The notes: generated by a model from the letters alone, not told the origin. Numbered from the stretch's first letter, positions 8,967-18,711 are shown. The stretch: DNA of 39,021 nt from Dehalococcoidales bacterium (GCA_028717305.1 JAQUOC010000002.1:1-39021), one strand, 5' to 3'. Numbers and translations are program-made.

Positions 8967-10478
8967 TCAGCCTTTACGATTAAGATTTCTAGTTTCTTGG
9001 GCTATCTGTTTGATTACTAACCACACGCTGTTCCACTTCAGTTCTCTTAATAATATAAGCATCGCACAGTTTATCACTATTCCTAGAAGTATGCCTGCAG
9101 CTAGGTTTATTATACTAGATGAAGTTAAGCTGTCGGCCACGTGGTATACTACCCATCCCATCACTGCAGAAGCAACTACGATCCTTGCTAAAGACTTAAA
9201 GGGGAATTCCCACGTGAAGAAACGCTTTGAGGCAAAGGCAGTGGCTACTAGAAGGAAAGCATAAGAAACTAATGTAGTTACAGCAGCAGCAATATATCCG
9301 TATTTAGGGACTAACCATAGATTAAGTCCTATATTCAATAACCCAGCACTTAGAACACAATATGCTGAAATGTTGGTTTTTTTATACAGATTAAGTCCTA
9401 ATTGTGCCCACCATTGAAGTCCAAGTAATAAAGTACCAAAAGCAATCAATGGGATAATTAAGTATCCCTCATGGTACGCAGAGTCGGTAAACACAGTAAT
9501 AATTGGCTTTGACAAAACAGTCAAGCCTACAGCCGCTGGAATAACGAGGAGGATATAGTAACGCGTCAGCCTGCCAACAAGCTGCTGTGTAAGCGTTTTC
9601 CCTTCGTTCTCCCACATGTTTACTATAAGAGGATAGCCCGCTAAAGTGAATAGGACTCCAAACATACTCAAAGCCTGATAACTAATGCTGTAACTTGCAG
9701 AATATAATCCCATCTCGTAACTTCCACGATACAACTCTATTACATACCGGTCGGAGAAGTTCATGATCCAAGCTGCCAAAGTCGCGATTATTAATGGTGC
9801 GCTGTATTTTGCCATCTCTACAGCCATGGTTTTGGAAAATGTGCTTCTTCCGCTTGGCAGTCTGTTAAAGGCGGTACGATAAAGAAATGGTATTGCAATT
9901 GTTAGGGCTGCGGCGGAACCCCAAACCAATCCATCTGTACCTCTATTTCCCCAAAATACGATTGCCAAACCGAATAGTAATCCCGCTCCGGCATGCCAGG
10001 TGGTGAAGCGACTGTATTCGGTTGCCTTTTGTCTAGCGATTAGTAAATATGTCAGGGTACTGAAGATTGAGATAGCTACAAAAAGTATGATTCCGATGGA
10101 CATTAAAGAATATAAATCCACGGGAATAGTGGGTTTTATTATTTGAAGAGAGATAAAGAATCCTACGGCTATTCCTGTGACACAAAGAAACGTTCCTTTT
10201 ATGAAAGTGCCTCGAAAGGTTTCTAGACTATTTTCCTTTTCATATTGTGGGAAAAACCTTAGCGCGGCTGTACCCAATAGCGTTGTGGGAATAAGTGATA
10301 AGCCGCTTACGGTTGCTAGTACAAGAATGTAGTTACCGTAAACATCTGGCTCAAATAGTCTAGTAATAATTGGGATAGCTATAAGACCTATTACCGGAGG
10401 AAAGATTCTAGAGGGCAGGTATCTAACCATATTTCTAAAGAACGTGCTCAGTATTAGCGGGGATTTGTCATTTTCCAT
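8967..10478 (-). CDS. wzx: Polysaccharide/oligosaccharide flippase (Wzx, MOP superfamily)
   Basis: 503 aa, hydrophobic throughout with at least 12 predicted TM helices. The N-terminus (FFRNMVRYLPSRIFPPVIGLIAIPIITRLFEPDVYGNY) is typical of 'polysaccharide biosynthesis protein' flippases. It is the last gene of the glycan operon. Confidence 0.8.
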   Translation of the reverse strand: MENDKSPLILSTFFRNMVRYLPSRIFPPVIGLIAIPIITRLFEPDVYGNYILVLATVSGLSLIPTTLLGTAALRFFPQYEKENSLETFRGTFIKGTFLCVTGIAVGFFISLQIIKPTIPVDLYSLMSIGIILFVAISIFSTLTYLLIARQKATEYSRFTTWHAGAGLLFGLAIVFWGNRGTDGLVWGSAAALTIAIPFLYRTAFNRLPSGRSTFSKTMAVEMAKYSAPLIIATLAAWIMNFSDRYVIELYRGSYEMGLYSASYSISYQALSMFGVLFTLAGYPLIVNMWENEGKTLTQQLVGRLTRYYILLVIPAAVGLTVLSKPIITVFTDSAYHEGYLIIPLIAFGTLLLGLQWWAQLGLNLYKKTNISAYCVLSAGLLNIGLNLWLVPKYGYIAAAVTTLVSYAFLLVATAFASKRFFTWEFPFKSLARIVVASAVMGWVVYHVADSLTSSSIINLAAGILLGIVINCAMLILLRELKWNSVWLVIKQIAQETRNLNRKG

Positions 10479-10619
10479 AAAATTGGGCTCTTTTCTTAAC
10501 GAGGAGTGTTTTTATTTTCAACGTTGCTCGTTCTTTGTAGAATAGAATCTTGTAGTAACTCTTTCCCCATAGGGATTTCGAATCTGACATATTTCTAGCC
10601 TTCCGGTAATGGTATTTAT

Positions 10620-11885
10620 CTAGCTATGATAACCAGAGACTGGCTTTCTCAATTTGCTTATAACCCAAAGAAGGGGGCGTCTAAGTCTGAGTTTGATGAC
10701 CGTTTTTACCAAAGCGTTCTTTATTGATTTCTTCGCACTTGCCCTACGGTAAGTGTATTGATAAGCGTCCGGAATTACTTTGGATATCCCAACGGTGTTC
10801 TGTGGGTTAGAAAAGATTATTATTTTTCTTCCTTCACGGTGAGAATTCGTCTCTGCGGTAATCTTGAAATTGAATCGATCTGCATATTGTGTAATGATAG
10901 TTTCCTGAGTCAATGGTATTTCAAATACGATTAGTCTGCCAGCCCTAAATATATTTTCCAGTGCTTTCGGTATATCCGAAATATGGTGCAATACGTTTAA
11001 TACTAAAACTATATCGTAGATATGTTTGGCAGTAAGATTAACGATATCTTCTTGGTGGAAACGCGCTTTTGAATTTTTAATCCAAGCAATCCGACGGCAG
11101 ATCTCAATAGCATTTTCGTTTATTTCAACTCCAACTACGTTTTGCGCACCTGTTTCCTCAACCATAAAACTGAAGAATCCATGAAAGCAGGCAAGATCCA
11201 AAACGTCCTTACCCCTGAAGTCAATGATGGAATTAAGCCGTTCCCATGTCTTATTACTATCAGAGTACCCGGGTATTTGCAGCCCGGATGGTAACTCAAT
11301 TTCCTGATAGTATTTGTCGTGGGGCATTTTATCGAGGTATGAAAAAAATAGTAGTTCTCGCCAACGCTGATTCCAGTCATCTTTTGAAATGAACTGGAAA
11401 CCGTTCGTTGTGTCTACAAATAGAGGGTTATCTGTTGTAACAACAGTTTCGAATAGAGATTGTGTGACCTGTTTAATTTCGCTCTCTTCATGATACGATG
11501 TTATGTGTCTTTTATGCGCCTTACTCTCTTGCCTGTTGTGAATCACATGAGGGGCTGCAAAGCAAAGGCATAACTGAATGTTGCAATTAGTTTTTTCTCT
11601 TAAATATGCAAAGGGTGGGTCAATAACTCGTTCTTGTCCGTATATTGGTACTTGGTATCCATCCATTACAAATAGATTTTTCGTTCTTCTTTGAATTATT
11701 GAAGTTAGTCTTTCCACAAAAGTGTCAAATCTGCTGACATTATTTCTATTATCCTCAAAGTACAATAATTCGAAATCTAAGTATTCCCCGTCATTATTCT
11801 TGGCATACCATTTGGAAAAGGTTGTTTTCCCAGCACCATAATCGCCTAGGGCCACAACCAACTTTCTGTATATTTCAGACCCCAT
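10620..11885 (-). CDS. Two-domain protein: N-terminal P-loop NTPase/kinase-like domain fused to a C-terminal class I SAM-dependent methyltransferase
   Basis: Walker A is GDYGAGKTT and a Walker-B-like NLFVMDGY follows. The C-terminal half carries MTase motif I VLDLACFHGFF, VVGVEINENAIE and motif IV-like YDIVLVLNVLHHI. ATG 11885 (GGGAG upstream) is preferred over the track start 11981, which overlaps the upstream GT4 gene by 62 nt. Confidence 0.7.
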   Translation of the reverse strand: MGSEIYRKLVVALGDYGAGKTTFSKWYAKNNDGEYLDFELLYFEDNRNNVSRFDTFVERLTSIIQRRTKNLFVMDGYQVPIYGQERVIDPPFAYLREKTNCNIQLCLCFAAPHVIHNRQESKAHKRHITSYHEESEIKQVTQSLFETVVTTDNPLFVDTTNGFQFISKDDWNQRWRELLFFSYLDKMPHDKYYQEIELPSGLQIPGYSDSNKTWERLNSIIDFRGKDVLDLACFHGFFSFMVEETGAQNVVGVEINENAIEICRRIAWIKNSKARFHQEDIVNLTAKHIYDIVLVLNVLHHISDIPKALENIFRAGRLIVFEIPLTQETIITQYADRFNFKITAETNSHREGRKIIIFSNPQNTVGISKVIPDAYQYTYRRASAKKSIKNALVKTVIKLRLRRPLLWVISKLRKPVSGYHS

Positions 11886-11919
11886 CTTAGTATTACTCCC
11901 GACAAATAAATTGCATTTA

Positions 11920-13194
11920 CTATCGTTTCTTCTTACAGTGTCGTTTTGCATGGTTTTCCAGTAGCTGCTTATATGCATCAATTAGCTTGTCGCCCAATTT
12001 TTCCCATTCGTATTCGGCGATGAACTTCTCTCGCGCATTTCTGCCTATATTATCTCTGATATTAGGATTTTCAATAAGCAGCGAAATCTTTTGAGCTATA
12101 TCATCTGCTTCTGGCTTTGCAAGTAAGCCGGTTTCTTCATGTATTATTACACCATCAATACTATCTAATTGAGTAGCCACTATAGGTTTTGCCATAGCCA
12201 TATATTCAAATATCTTGATGGGGCTACCCGCTCTGCAGGTGAGAGTGTATGGCATGGGATTTACACATATATCTGAAGCAGCGATAAAATTTGGTATAGC
12301 ATCGGGAGACTGCGGGCCACTAAATATGACTTTGTCCTCTATCCCCAGTTGGGCAACTCTATTTTTGAAGGCCATGATTTCGCTATCTTGTTCGAACTCC
12401 GTTCTTTCCCTGTCTCTGTGAAATCCTACAATCATTAGTTTTGCCTTCTCATTTGTGGCGGAAACCTTGGACATAGCCTCCAACAAAATATTGATGCCGT
12501 ATGCTTTACAAACTAGACCTTGGTATAAGATGACTACAGAATCTTCAAGGCCGTATTTCTTCCTTACTGTCCTTGCTTCTATGTCAGGATGGAAAATACT
12601 GGCGCTTGCCCCGCAGGGTATTATCGATATTTTCTCTGGTGACATACCTTTCGATATCAGCATTTTGCCTGTTAAATTAGTGGCTATGACCATATCAGCC
12701 CGTAACGGCATTGTATTCTGAACAAATAAACCTAATCTCGTAATAGGTGAATCCAGGTTCATTTGTCCAGTATCAATCCCAAAATGCATTACAAGGTCGC
12801 TAAATTCTAACACTAAAGGCTTGCGGCATAATCTTGCGACAAACCACCCTGGTAATCCACAAGTCAAAGTTGGATTGAAGACATGAATGATGTCTATATC
12901 GTGATTCTTGACCAATTGCCTTAACTTGTTAGTAGTCCTGAGGATTAAAGAACTGCCAGGGACGTATGGGAGTGACTTTAGTAAAACATTACTATTCGGG
13001 CCCATTTTGTAAATATGGAAACCTTCATATAACTCGTATTTATCGCTGGATTTTAATGTCGGGAGCATCATTATGATCATATGTCCCATTTTTTGGACGT
13101 GTTTTAAAAGAGGTAACATTCTCCTTACACCACCATCAAGTGCGAGAGGTGAGGTAGGGGGATAATTCAATGAACCTATAAAGAGGATATTCAT
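11920..13194 (-). CDS. Glycosyltransferase, GT-B fold, GT4-like
   Basis: The C-terminal Glycos_transf_1-type region is LMIVGFHRD...VIFSGPQ...ASDICVNP...GSPIKIFEYMAMAKPIVATQL...IIHEETGLL, which includes the E-x7-E region. Confidence 0.85.
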   Translation of the reverse strand: MNILFIGSLNYPPTSPLALDGGVRRMLPLLKHVQKMGHMIIMMLPTLKSSDKYELYEGFHIYKMGPNSNVLLKSLPYVPGSSLILRTTNKLRQLVKNHDIDIIHVFNPTLTCGLPGWFVARLCRKPLVLEFSDLVMHFGIDTGQMNLDSPITRLGLFVQNTMPLRADMVIATNLTGKMLISKGMSPEKISIIPCGASASIFHPDIEARTVRKKYGLEDSVVILYQGLVCKAYGINILLEAMSKVSATNEKAKLMIVGFHRDRERTEFEQDSEIMAFKNRVAQLGIEDKVIFSGPQSPDAIPNFIAASDICVNPMPYTLTCRAGSPIKIFEYMAMAKPIVATQLDSIDGVIIHEETGLLAKPEADDIAQKISLLIENPNIRDNIGRNAREKFIAEYEWEKLGDKLIDAYKQLLENHAKRHCKKKR

Positions 13195-13299
13195 TTGGTG
13201 CCTCGAACATAATATTCCATATTGATATAAGTAGATATCTCTGCGTAGTTAATCAATAGATCTTATTCCATTTCGATTTATCACAGAATTGAGTACCCC

Positions 13300-14457
13300 T
13301 CATTTTTGTGATTGACATGTCTTGTATGTGTTCTCTACTTGGCATGCTATCTGTGGCCATTGTAGATTATTATTGATGTATTCCCTCCCTTCTTGTGCCA
13401 TACTACGTACTTCAGCGGTGCAAGTCAGACACTTTATCATTCTTTTCTTTAATCCATCGACGTTGTTATATTCCACCAAGTAACCGGCGCCGCTTTTCCG
13501 AATCCACTCACTACATCCGCATTTGTCAGTTACTATAACCGGAGTACCACACATTATCACTTCGAATGGCACCAACCCAAATACTTCGTATATTGAAGGA
13601 ACCACTAAAACATCAGCATCAACATAGGCAGAGAGTTTTTCCTTTCCTGCTAAATATCCTGTGAAAATTATCTTGTCACGGTAAGGTTGAGTTTTAGACA
13701 TCTTTCTGATTTCATCTTCATAGCCATCATCTGGTCCGGCAATAACCAGTACGGCATTATGTAACTCTTTTGTTAACTCAGCAAATGATTTGATTAAAAA
13801 ATCCAGCCCCTTTATCTTGTGAATACGTCCTAGGAATAGGATCATCTTCTTACCATTTATGTTGTTTATCTTCTTGAATTGCCCTGGTTTTGGAAGATTA
13901 TTGAATGATTCAATATCAAGCCCGTTTGGGATCATGTCTATTTTATCTTTTGGAACACCCATCCGTTCATATTCTTCTATTTCGCTGCTTGAGAGTGCTA
14001 TCACTCTAGATGCGTTTCTTATGATTTTGAAACCGATTAGCCTATCTGAAATTTTATTAACCCATTTTTTCCCTAGTACCCTTGCTAGTCCACCATGAGC
14101 TTGGAATACATAAGGAACTTCGTACTTTCTAGCATAGTAGCAGGCGACAGCATTTTGAAACGTTATATAATTATGCAAATGAAGTACATCAAAATCCTTG
14201 ATTTTTCGTCGTAGTTGGCAGATCATACCTGGTGTAATAATAAGGCCGTGGAGTTGTCTCGGTAGGATACTATGGAAGTGATAAACCCTAACAGATTTCA
14301 ATGAGTTGGTGAATTTATGGTCCATCTCGAAATCGCTAGAATATATGGTAACTTCATGCCCTCTTTGTGTTAATGCTTTTGCGAGCTGATAGGCAGCCTC
14401 AATAGAGCCTCCTCCATGTATTGGGGAAAAAAAGTGAATCACTTGTAGAATTTTCAT
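13300..14457 (-). CDS. Glycosyltransferase, GT-B fold, GT4-like
   Basis: The N-terminus is MKILQVIHFFSPIHGGGS. The C-terminal region is ILFLGRIHKIKG...LVIAGPDDG...IIFTGYL...ADVLVVPSIYEVFGLVPFEVIMCGTPVIVTD. Its ATG overlaps the stop of the upstream epimerase gene (ATGA at 14454..14457). Confidence 0.85.
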   Translation of the reverse strand: MKILQVIHFFSPIHGGGSIEAAYQLAKALTQRGHEVTIYSSDFEMDHKFTNSLKSVRVYHFHSILPRQLHGLIITPGMICQLRRKIKDFDVLHLHNYITFQNAVACYYARKYEVPYVFQAHGGLARVLGKKWVNKISDRLIGFKIIRNASRVIALSSSEIEEYERMGVPKDKIDMIPNGLDIESFNNLPKPGQFKKINNINGKKMILFLGRIHKIKGLDFLIKSFAELTKELHNAVLVIAGPDDGYEDEIRKMSKTQPYRDKIIFTGYLAGKEKLSAYVDADVLVVPSIYEVFGLVPFEVIMCGTPVIVTDKCGCSEWIRKSGAGYLVEYNNVDGLKKRMIKCLTCTAEVRSMAQEGREYINNNLQWPQIACQVENTYKTCQSQK

Positions 14458-15539
14458 GTCTTAAAATATCCCAGGATAATCTTGATCACCTTCGCGGAAA
14501 CATTGCGAGTCAAATATTCTAACGGGGGTTCCCAGTTAGTATTTTCGTCCAGTGCAATCTCTACCGCTCTTAATACTGTGTCTGGTGTAACACTAGCTAG
14601 TATGTTGCTCCCGCTCTCCAAGGTTTCCGGTCTTTCGGTAACATCCCTAATGGTGGTATTGGGAACCTTGAAGATGCAGCATTCTTCTTGAACTGTGCCG
14701 CTGTCGGTGATAACGCAGTACGCGTTTTTCTCCAGTGTAATGAAATTAAAAAAGCCAAACGGTTCGATAAATCGGATATTCTGGTCGCATTCTTTCAGTC
14801 CGAACTGAGTCATTCTGTTTTTTGTTCTTGGGTGTAGGCTACAGATAATCGGCATTTGGTATTTCTTTTCTAAGTTATCCAGGCTTTGAAGTAGGTTCTT
14901 GAGCCTGTTTTCATCGTCGACGTTCTCAGCCCGGTGCATTGTGACTAAGAAGTATCCACCTTTCTCTAATCCCAATTTATCCAGTATCCGACTATGTTCT
15001 ATCTTTTTGCTATAGTATTCGATGACTTCATATATCGGGTTACCGATAACGAAGATCTTATCAATGGGCAACCCCTCGTTAAGAAGATTTTCCTTGCTCC
15101 GGTGAGTATAGGGGAGAAGTATGGTGCTTGAGTGGTCAATAACCCTCCGGTTGATCTCCTCGGGGACACGATAATCAAAACAGCGGTTACCTGCCTCCAT
15201 GTGAAAGACCGAGATATTCATTCTTCTGGCTATGATACTCACTAACCCGCTGTTTGTATCCCCTAGAATCAAGATGGCATCCGGTTTCTCAGTGCGGAGT
15301 ATTGGTCCAATCTTACTGAATATCAAGCCGATCTGTTCTGCGAAACTCTGTGATTCAACTCCCAGACGATAATTAGGTTCTCTTAGACCCAGGTCACGAA
15401 AGAATACTGTGCTCAAACTGTCCGTAAAATTCTGGCCGGTATGTACTAAAATATGGTCGCAGTACTTGTCCAGCTTATTTATAGTCAGGCTTAATCTGAT
15501 GATTTCCGGCCTGGTGCCTAGGATGGTCATAACCTTCAT
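14454..15539 (-). CDS. Non-hydrolysing UDP-N-acetylhexosamine 2-epimerase (WecB/FnlC/WbvD family)
   Basis: Family hallmarks are present: MKVMTILGTRPEIIRLS, ILGDTNS, HMEAGNRCFD, LVTMHRAENVD and VITDSGTVQEEC. Confidence 0.88.
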   Translation of the reverse strand: MKVMTILGTRPEIIRLSLTINKLDKYCDHILVHTGQNFTDSLSTVFFRDLGLREPNYRLGVESQSFAEQIGLIFSKIGPILRTEKPDAILILGDTNSGLVSIIARRMNISVFHMEAGNRCFDYRVPEEINRRVIDHSSTILLPYTHRSKENLLNEGLPIDKIFVIGNPIYEVIEYYSKKIEHSRILDKLGLEKGGYFLVTMHRAENVDDENRLKNLLQSLDNLEKKYQMPIICSLHPRTKNRMTQFGLKECDQNIRFIEPFGFFNFITLEKNAYCVITDSGTVQEECCIFKVPNTTIRDVTERPETLESGSNILASVTPDTVLRAVEIALDENTNWEPPLEYLTRNVSAKVIKIILGYFKT

Positions 15540-15549
15540 TTTTCCTACC

Positions 15550-16575
15550 TCACAAGTTAAGATAGCCGCCTACCTGTAAAAACCCTTTCAGTTTATCCTT
15601 GGTCATAGTGTTATCAGCAGATGAGAGCTCTTTAGCCAGTACCGGTCTTTTTATCTTTACCTTACGAATCTTGGGCAGTACCGGACAGATTACGTAGTAG
15701 TCCCCGCGCTTGATCGTTCGTGGTATCTCCTCTTCGGAAACCAGTATCTCGTGTATTTTCTCGCCCGGTCGTACTCCTATCACTCTGATATTAATCTTCT
15801 TGTCGCCGATCATAACTTCGGCTAGGTCCAACATATTGGCTGAAGAGAGTATCGGTACGTATATATCACCGGCTTCTGCCGAACGGATCGTCTCAATAAT
15901 GAGATTGATAGCATTATCCATGGTAATCATGAATCTGGACATTTCTTTACTGGTGATGGTGACTGGGCCGCCAGATCTTATTTGCTCTTGAAATAGTGGA
16001 ATTACCGAGCCCCTGGAGGCGATAACGTTTCCGTATCTTACGCAGATAAACCTGGTCTTCGGACAGATAAGATTAGCTTCCACAACCAGCCGTTCTTGTA
16101 TCGCCTTGCACATTCCGTAGGTATTGACTGGTTTACATGCCTTGTCTGTGGAAACAGCCAGCATGGTCTCAACGTTGTTTTCTGTTTCCAGAATAGCCCT
16201 GATGATATTCTGCGCACCCAGAATATTCGTTTTGACCGACTCGAAGGGGAAGTACTCTCCTATTGGAACCTGTTTTAATGCCGCGGCGTTTATTATCACG
16301 TCAGCTTTTTTTACGACTCTGACCACTGACTCGTAGTCTCTGACATCCCCGATGCAAAAATTGAGAACATCGTCCCCATAGTAAAATATGTCATCGGTGG
16401 CTGATCTCACCTTCTTCCATTCAATCTCCATAGCATATTGCTTATCCTCATCCCTTGAAAAGACAATAACATGTTTGGGAGTACCAAATTTACCTGTCAT
16501 AATACTATGGACCAGATTCTTGCCTAAGGAGCCGGTGCCTCCGGTAATCAATATTCTCTTATCTTGAAAAATCAT
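15550..16575 (-). CDS. UDP-GlcNAc 4,6-dehydratase of the extended SDR family (PseB/CapE/FnlA/WbvB-type)
   Basis: The Rossmann motif is ITGGTGSLG. Also present are IGDVRDY, AAALKQVP, STDKACKPVNTYGMCK (a Y-x3-K catalytic pair) and RYGNVIASRGSVIPLF. Confidence 0.85.
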   Translation of the reverse strand: MIFQDKRILITGGTGSLGKNLVHSIMTGKFGTPKHVIVFSRDEDKQYAMEIEWKKVRSATDDIFYYGDDVLNFCIGDVRDYESVVRVVKKADVIINAAALKQVPIGEYFPFESVKTNILGAQNIIRAILETENNVETMLAVSTDKACKPVNTYGMCKAIQERLVVEANLICPKTRFICVRYGNVIASRGSVIPLFQEQIRSGGPVTITSKEMSRFMITMDNAINLIIETIRSAEAGDIYVPILSSANMLDLAEVMIGDKKINIRVIGVRPGEKIHEILVSEEEIPRTIKRGDYYVICPVLPKIRKVKIKRPVLAKELSSADNTMTKDKLKGFLQVGGYLNL

Positions 16576-17452
16576 CTTCCCTCCATTTCAGGTATTGCCT
16601 GGCATCCTGCACTAGTTCATTAACCATTTCATTCCAGGGTGGCGGAGTAAAACCAGTTGTATGACGATACTTGGTCGAATCCAAACTCCTATTGCAGTAA
16701 AAATCAGGGTATGGCTTAATTGAGATATTGATTCCCATGGACTTTTTTATCAAGCTAAGAAGCTCGAACTTGCTGATCGGTTCTGAGGATATATGATAAA
16801 CGCCGCTCAGGTTCTGGTGTTTGGTAATTATATCAGAGATAATCATGGCAAGGTGAAGGGATGTAAAGCCACTAAATATGGCATTGGTATACCCTCTAAT
16901 GTTACCCCCTTCATTAGCCAAAAACCACTCCAACAAACCATTTCCGCTTGATAATTCCCTACCGATAAATGAAGTACGTATCGTCAGTGCCTCTGGTTCA
17001 TTCACTTCACCGAGATATTTTGTTTTTCCGTATATATCCTTGGCATCTGAAAGGTCCTCCTCCCGGTAGTGACCTCTTTCACCAGAGAAAACACAGTCAG
17101 TGCTGACGTGAATGAGGCGTGTCCCTTTGGATTTACAGATCTGGTACAACTGGTGCGGAAAGAGTGAATTCAACCAGATGCTAAGTAACACACCTTTTTC
17201 CTTTTCCAGCGATTTCACTATGCCCACGCAGTTTATTACGACTTCTGGAATAACCTCTTTGATTACTCTTTCCACACGAGATATTTCTCGCATGTCAACA
17301 TGAGGTATTATTCGAATCGGCTCAAAGAAATTATACTTGGCGATATCTGAATAAGGTCCTCTGATTGTGCCGGTCACTTCAAATGTTTTGGTAAGAACCT
17401 GATATAATTTGTGCCCTAACATGCCGGTAGCACCTAAGAGTAATACCTTCAA
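16559..17452 (-). CDS. RmlD-like NAD(P)H-dependent 4-keto-6-deoxyhexose reductase (WbvR-like by context)
   Basis: 297 aa with LLGATGMLG, HVSTDCVFSG and IYGKTKYLGE (Y-x3-K). It lacks the extra C-terminal domain of CapF/FnlB. It overlaps the downstream dehydratase gene by 17 nt. Confidence 0.75.
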   Translation of the reverse strand: MKVLLLGATGMLGHKLYQVLTKTFEVTGTIRGPYSDIAKYNFFEPIRIIPHVDMREISRVERVIKEVIPEVVINCVGIVKSLEKEKGVLLSIWLNSLFPHQLYQICKSKGTRLIHVSTDCVFSGERGHYREEDLSDAKDIYGKTKYLGEVNEPEALTIRTSFIGRELSSGNGLLEWFLANEGGNIRGYTNAIFSGFTSLHLAMIISDIITKHQNLSGVYHISSEPISKFELLSLIKKSMGINISIKPYPDFYCNRSLDSTKYRHTTGFTPPPWNEMVNELVQDARQYLKWREDDFSR

Positions 17453-17487
17453 TACTCCTCCCTAACTGTTACTTATTCGTTTCGTGA

Positions 17488-18711
17488 TTATCTTACTCTA
17501 CGTTTCCTTTCGATCACTTCTTCCAATTCTGCTTCCAGCTGGCGGGCTATCTTCTGCTGCTCGTGTGCTTGCTGTACATAAGAAACTCCTGCCTGTCCCA
17601 TCCGCTGCCTGCGCTCAGGAGACCTCAGCAGTCCGACCACTTCTTTAGCCATATCGTCGCTGCTATCGGCATAAACAACCCCGTGAGATTCACCGGGAAG
17701 CAGCGTCGTTATGCCCGGCAGGGGTGTAGCCACTACCGGCCTGCCGCAGGCTATATACTGGACAATCTTACCCGGGAAGATATCCCTGGTGGCATCCGTG
17801 TTAAGAAAAGTGTTGATGCATACGTCGGCCAGGTTGATGAACTGGGGCATCGTCGGGTAGGGTTGGAAACCGGTGATGATAATCCGTCCCTCCAGACCGA
17901 GTTCGATGATTATTTTCTCGAGATAGGGTTGTTGTGGACCGTCGCCGACGATGATTAGCCTGGCATCCGGTGCATTTTCGATAACCCTGGCAAAGCTGCG
18001 GATGAAGCCATCGAGCCCGCTGAACTGAAACAGGGTCCCGATGAACAAGATTATCCGGTCTTGCTCAGTGAATCCCCACTTCCGGCGTATTTCGGAGCAG
18101 TCGATAGAGGGGTGGAAAATACTGGTATCGATTGGCATGAGAATCAGCTTAACCCTTGACTCGACAGCCCCCATGCCCAGAACGTACTGCAAATACCGGG
18201 GAGTGTTGGGGAGGACCAGGTCGGCCCTTGAATAGACCTTCCTCTCCATGGTTCTGGTCAGCGGGCACAGCGCGGTGTTGGGTACCAAACGATGCAGGAT
18301 ATCTATCGACCGGAAGACGACCGGGATGCCGAATTTTCCGGCTAGGTGTATCGTCTGTAGCCCGTTGGTAGGTACGGAATAGAGTACGATAACATCGATG
18401 CCCTTTTCTTTTATTGTCCGCTGGATTTCTCTGTAGTGGGTGATGCCGGCCGATAAACGGCTCAGACCGGGAATCCGGATGAAACCGGGACGTCTCAGGG
18501 TAACGGATGCTCCCGGAATTGCCCGGGAGCATCCGTTAATCTCCTTTGTCTTGAGACTACCCGGGCCTACATAGCCGTTCCTTTGCCACATGCTCTCGTA
18601 ATCGATGGCATAGACGTGGTGGTTGAGGAGCGATAGGGCCTCGGAGAGGTTGTGGAACTCAAGCACCACCTTCTTAAGCCAGTCGACCTCGTGTACAAAA
18701 AGAATATTCAT
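17488..18711 (-). CDS. Glycosyltransferase, GT-B fold, GT4-like
   Basis: Motifs are MNILFVHEVDW, ILFIGTLFQFSG, LIIVGDGPQ, IIITGFQP, VCINTF and GRPVVATPLPG. GC content is clearly higher than in the genes from 17452 leftward. Confidence 0.85.
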   Translation of the reverse strand: MNILFVHEVDWLKKVVLEFHNLSEALSLLNHHVYAIDYESMWQRNGYVGPGSLKTKEINGCSRAIPGASVTLRRPGFIRIPGLSRLSAGITHYREIQRTIKEKGIDVIVLYSVPTNGLQTIHLAGKFGIPVVFRSIDILHRLVPNTALCPLTRTMERKVYSRADLVLPNTPRYLQYVLGMGAVESRVKLILMPIDTSIFHPSIDCSEIRRKWGFTEQDRIILFIGTLFQFSGLDGFIRSFARVIENAPDARLIIVGDGPQQPYLEKIIIELGLEGRIIITGFQPYPTMPQFINLADVCINTFLNTDATRDIFPGKIVQYIACGRPVVATPLPGITTLLPGESHGVVYADSSDDMAKEVVGLLRSPERRQRMGQAGVSYVQQAHEQQKIARQLEAELEEVIERKRRVR

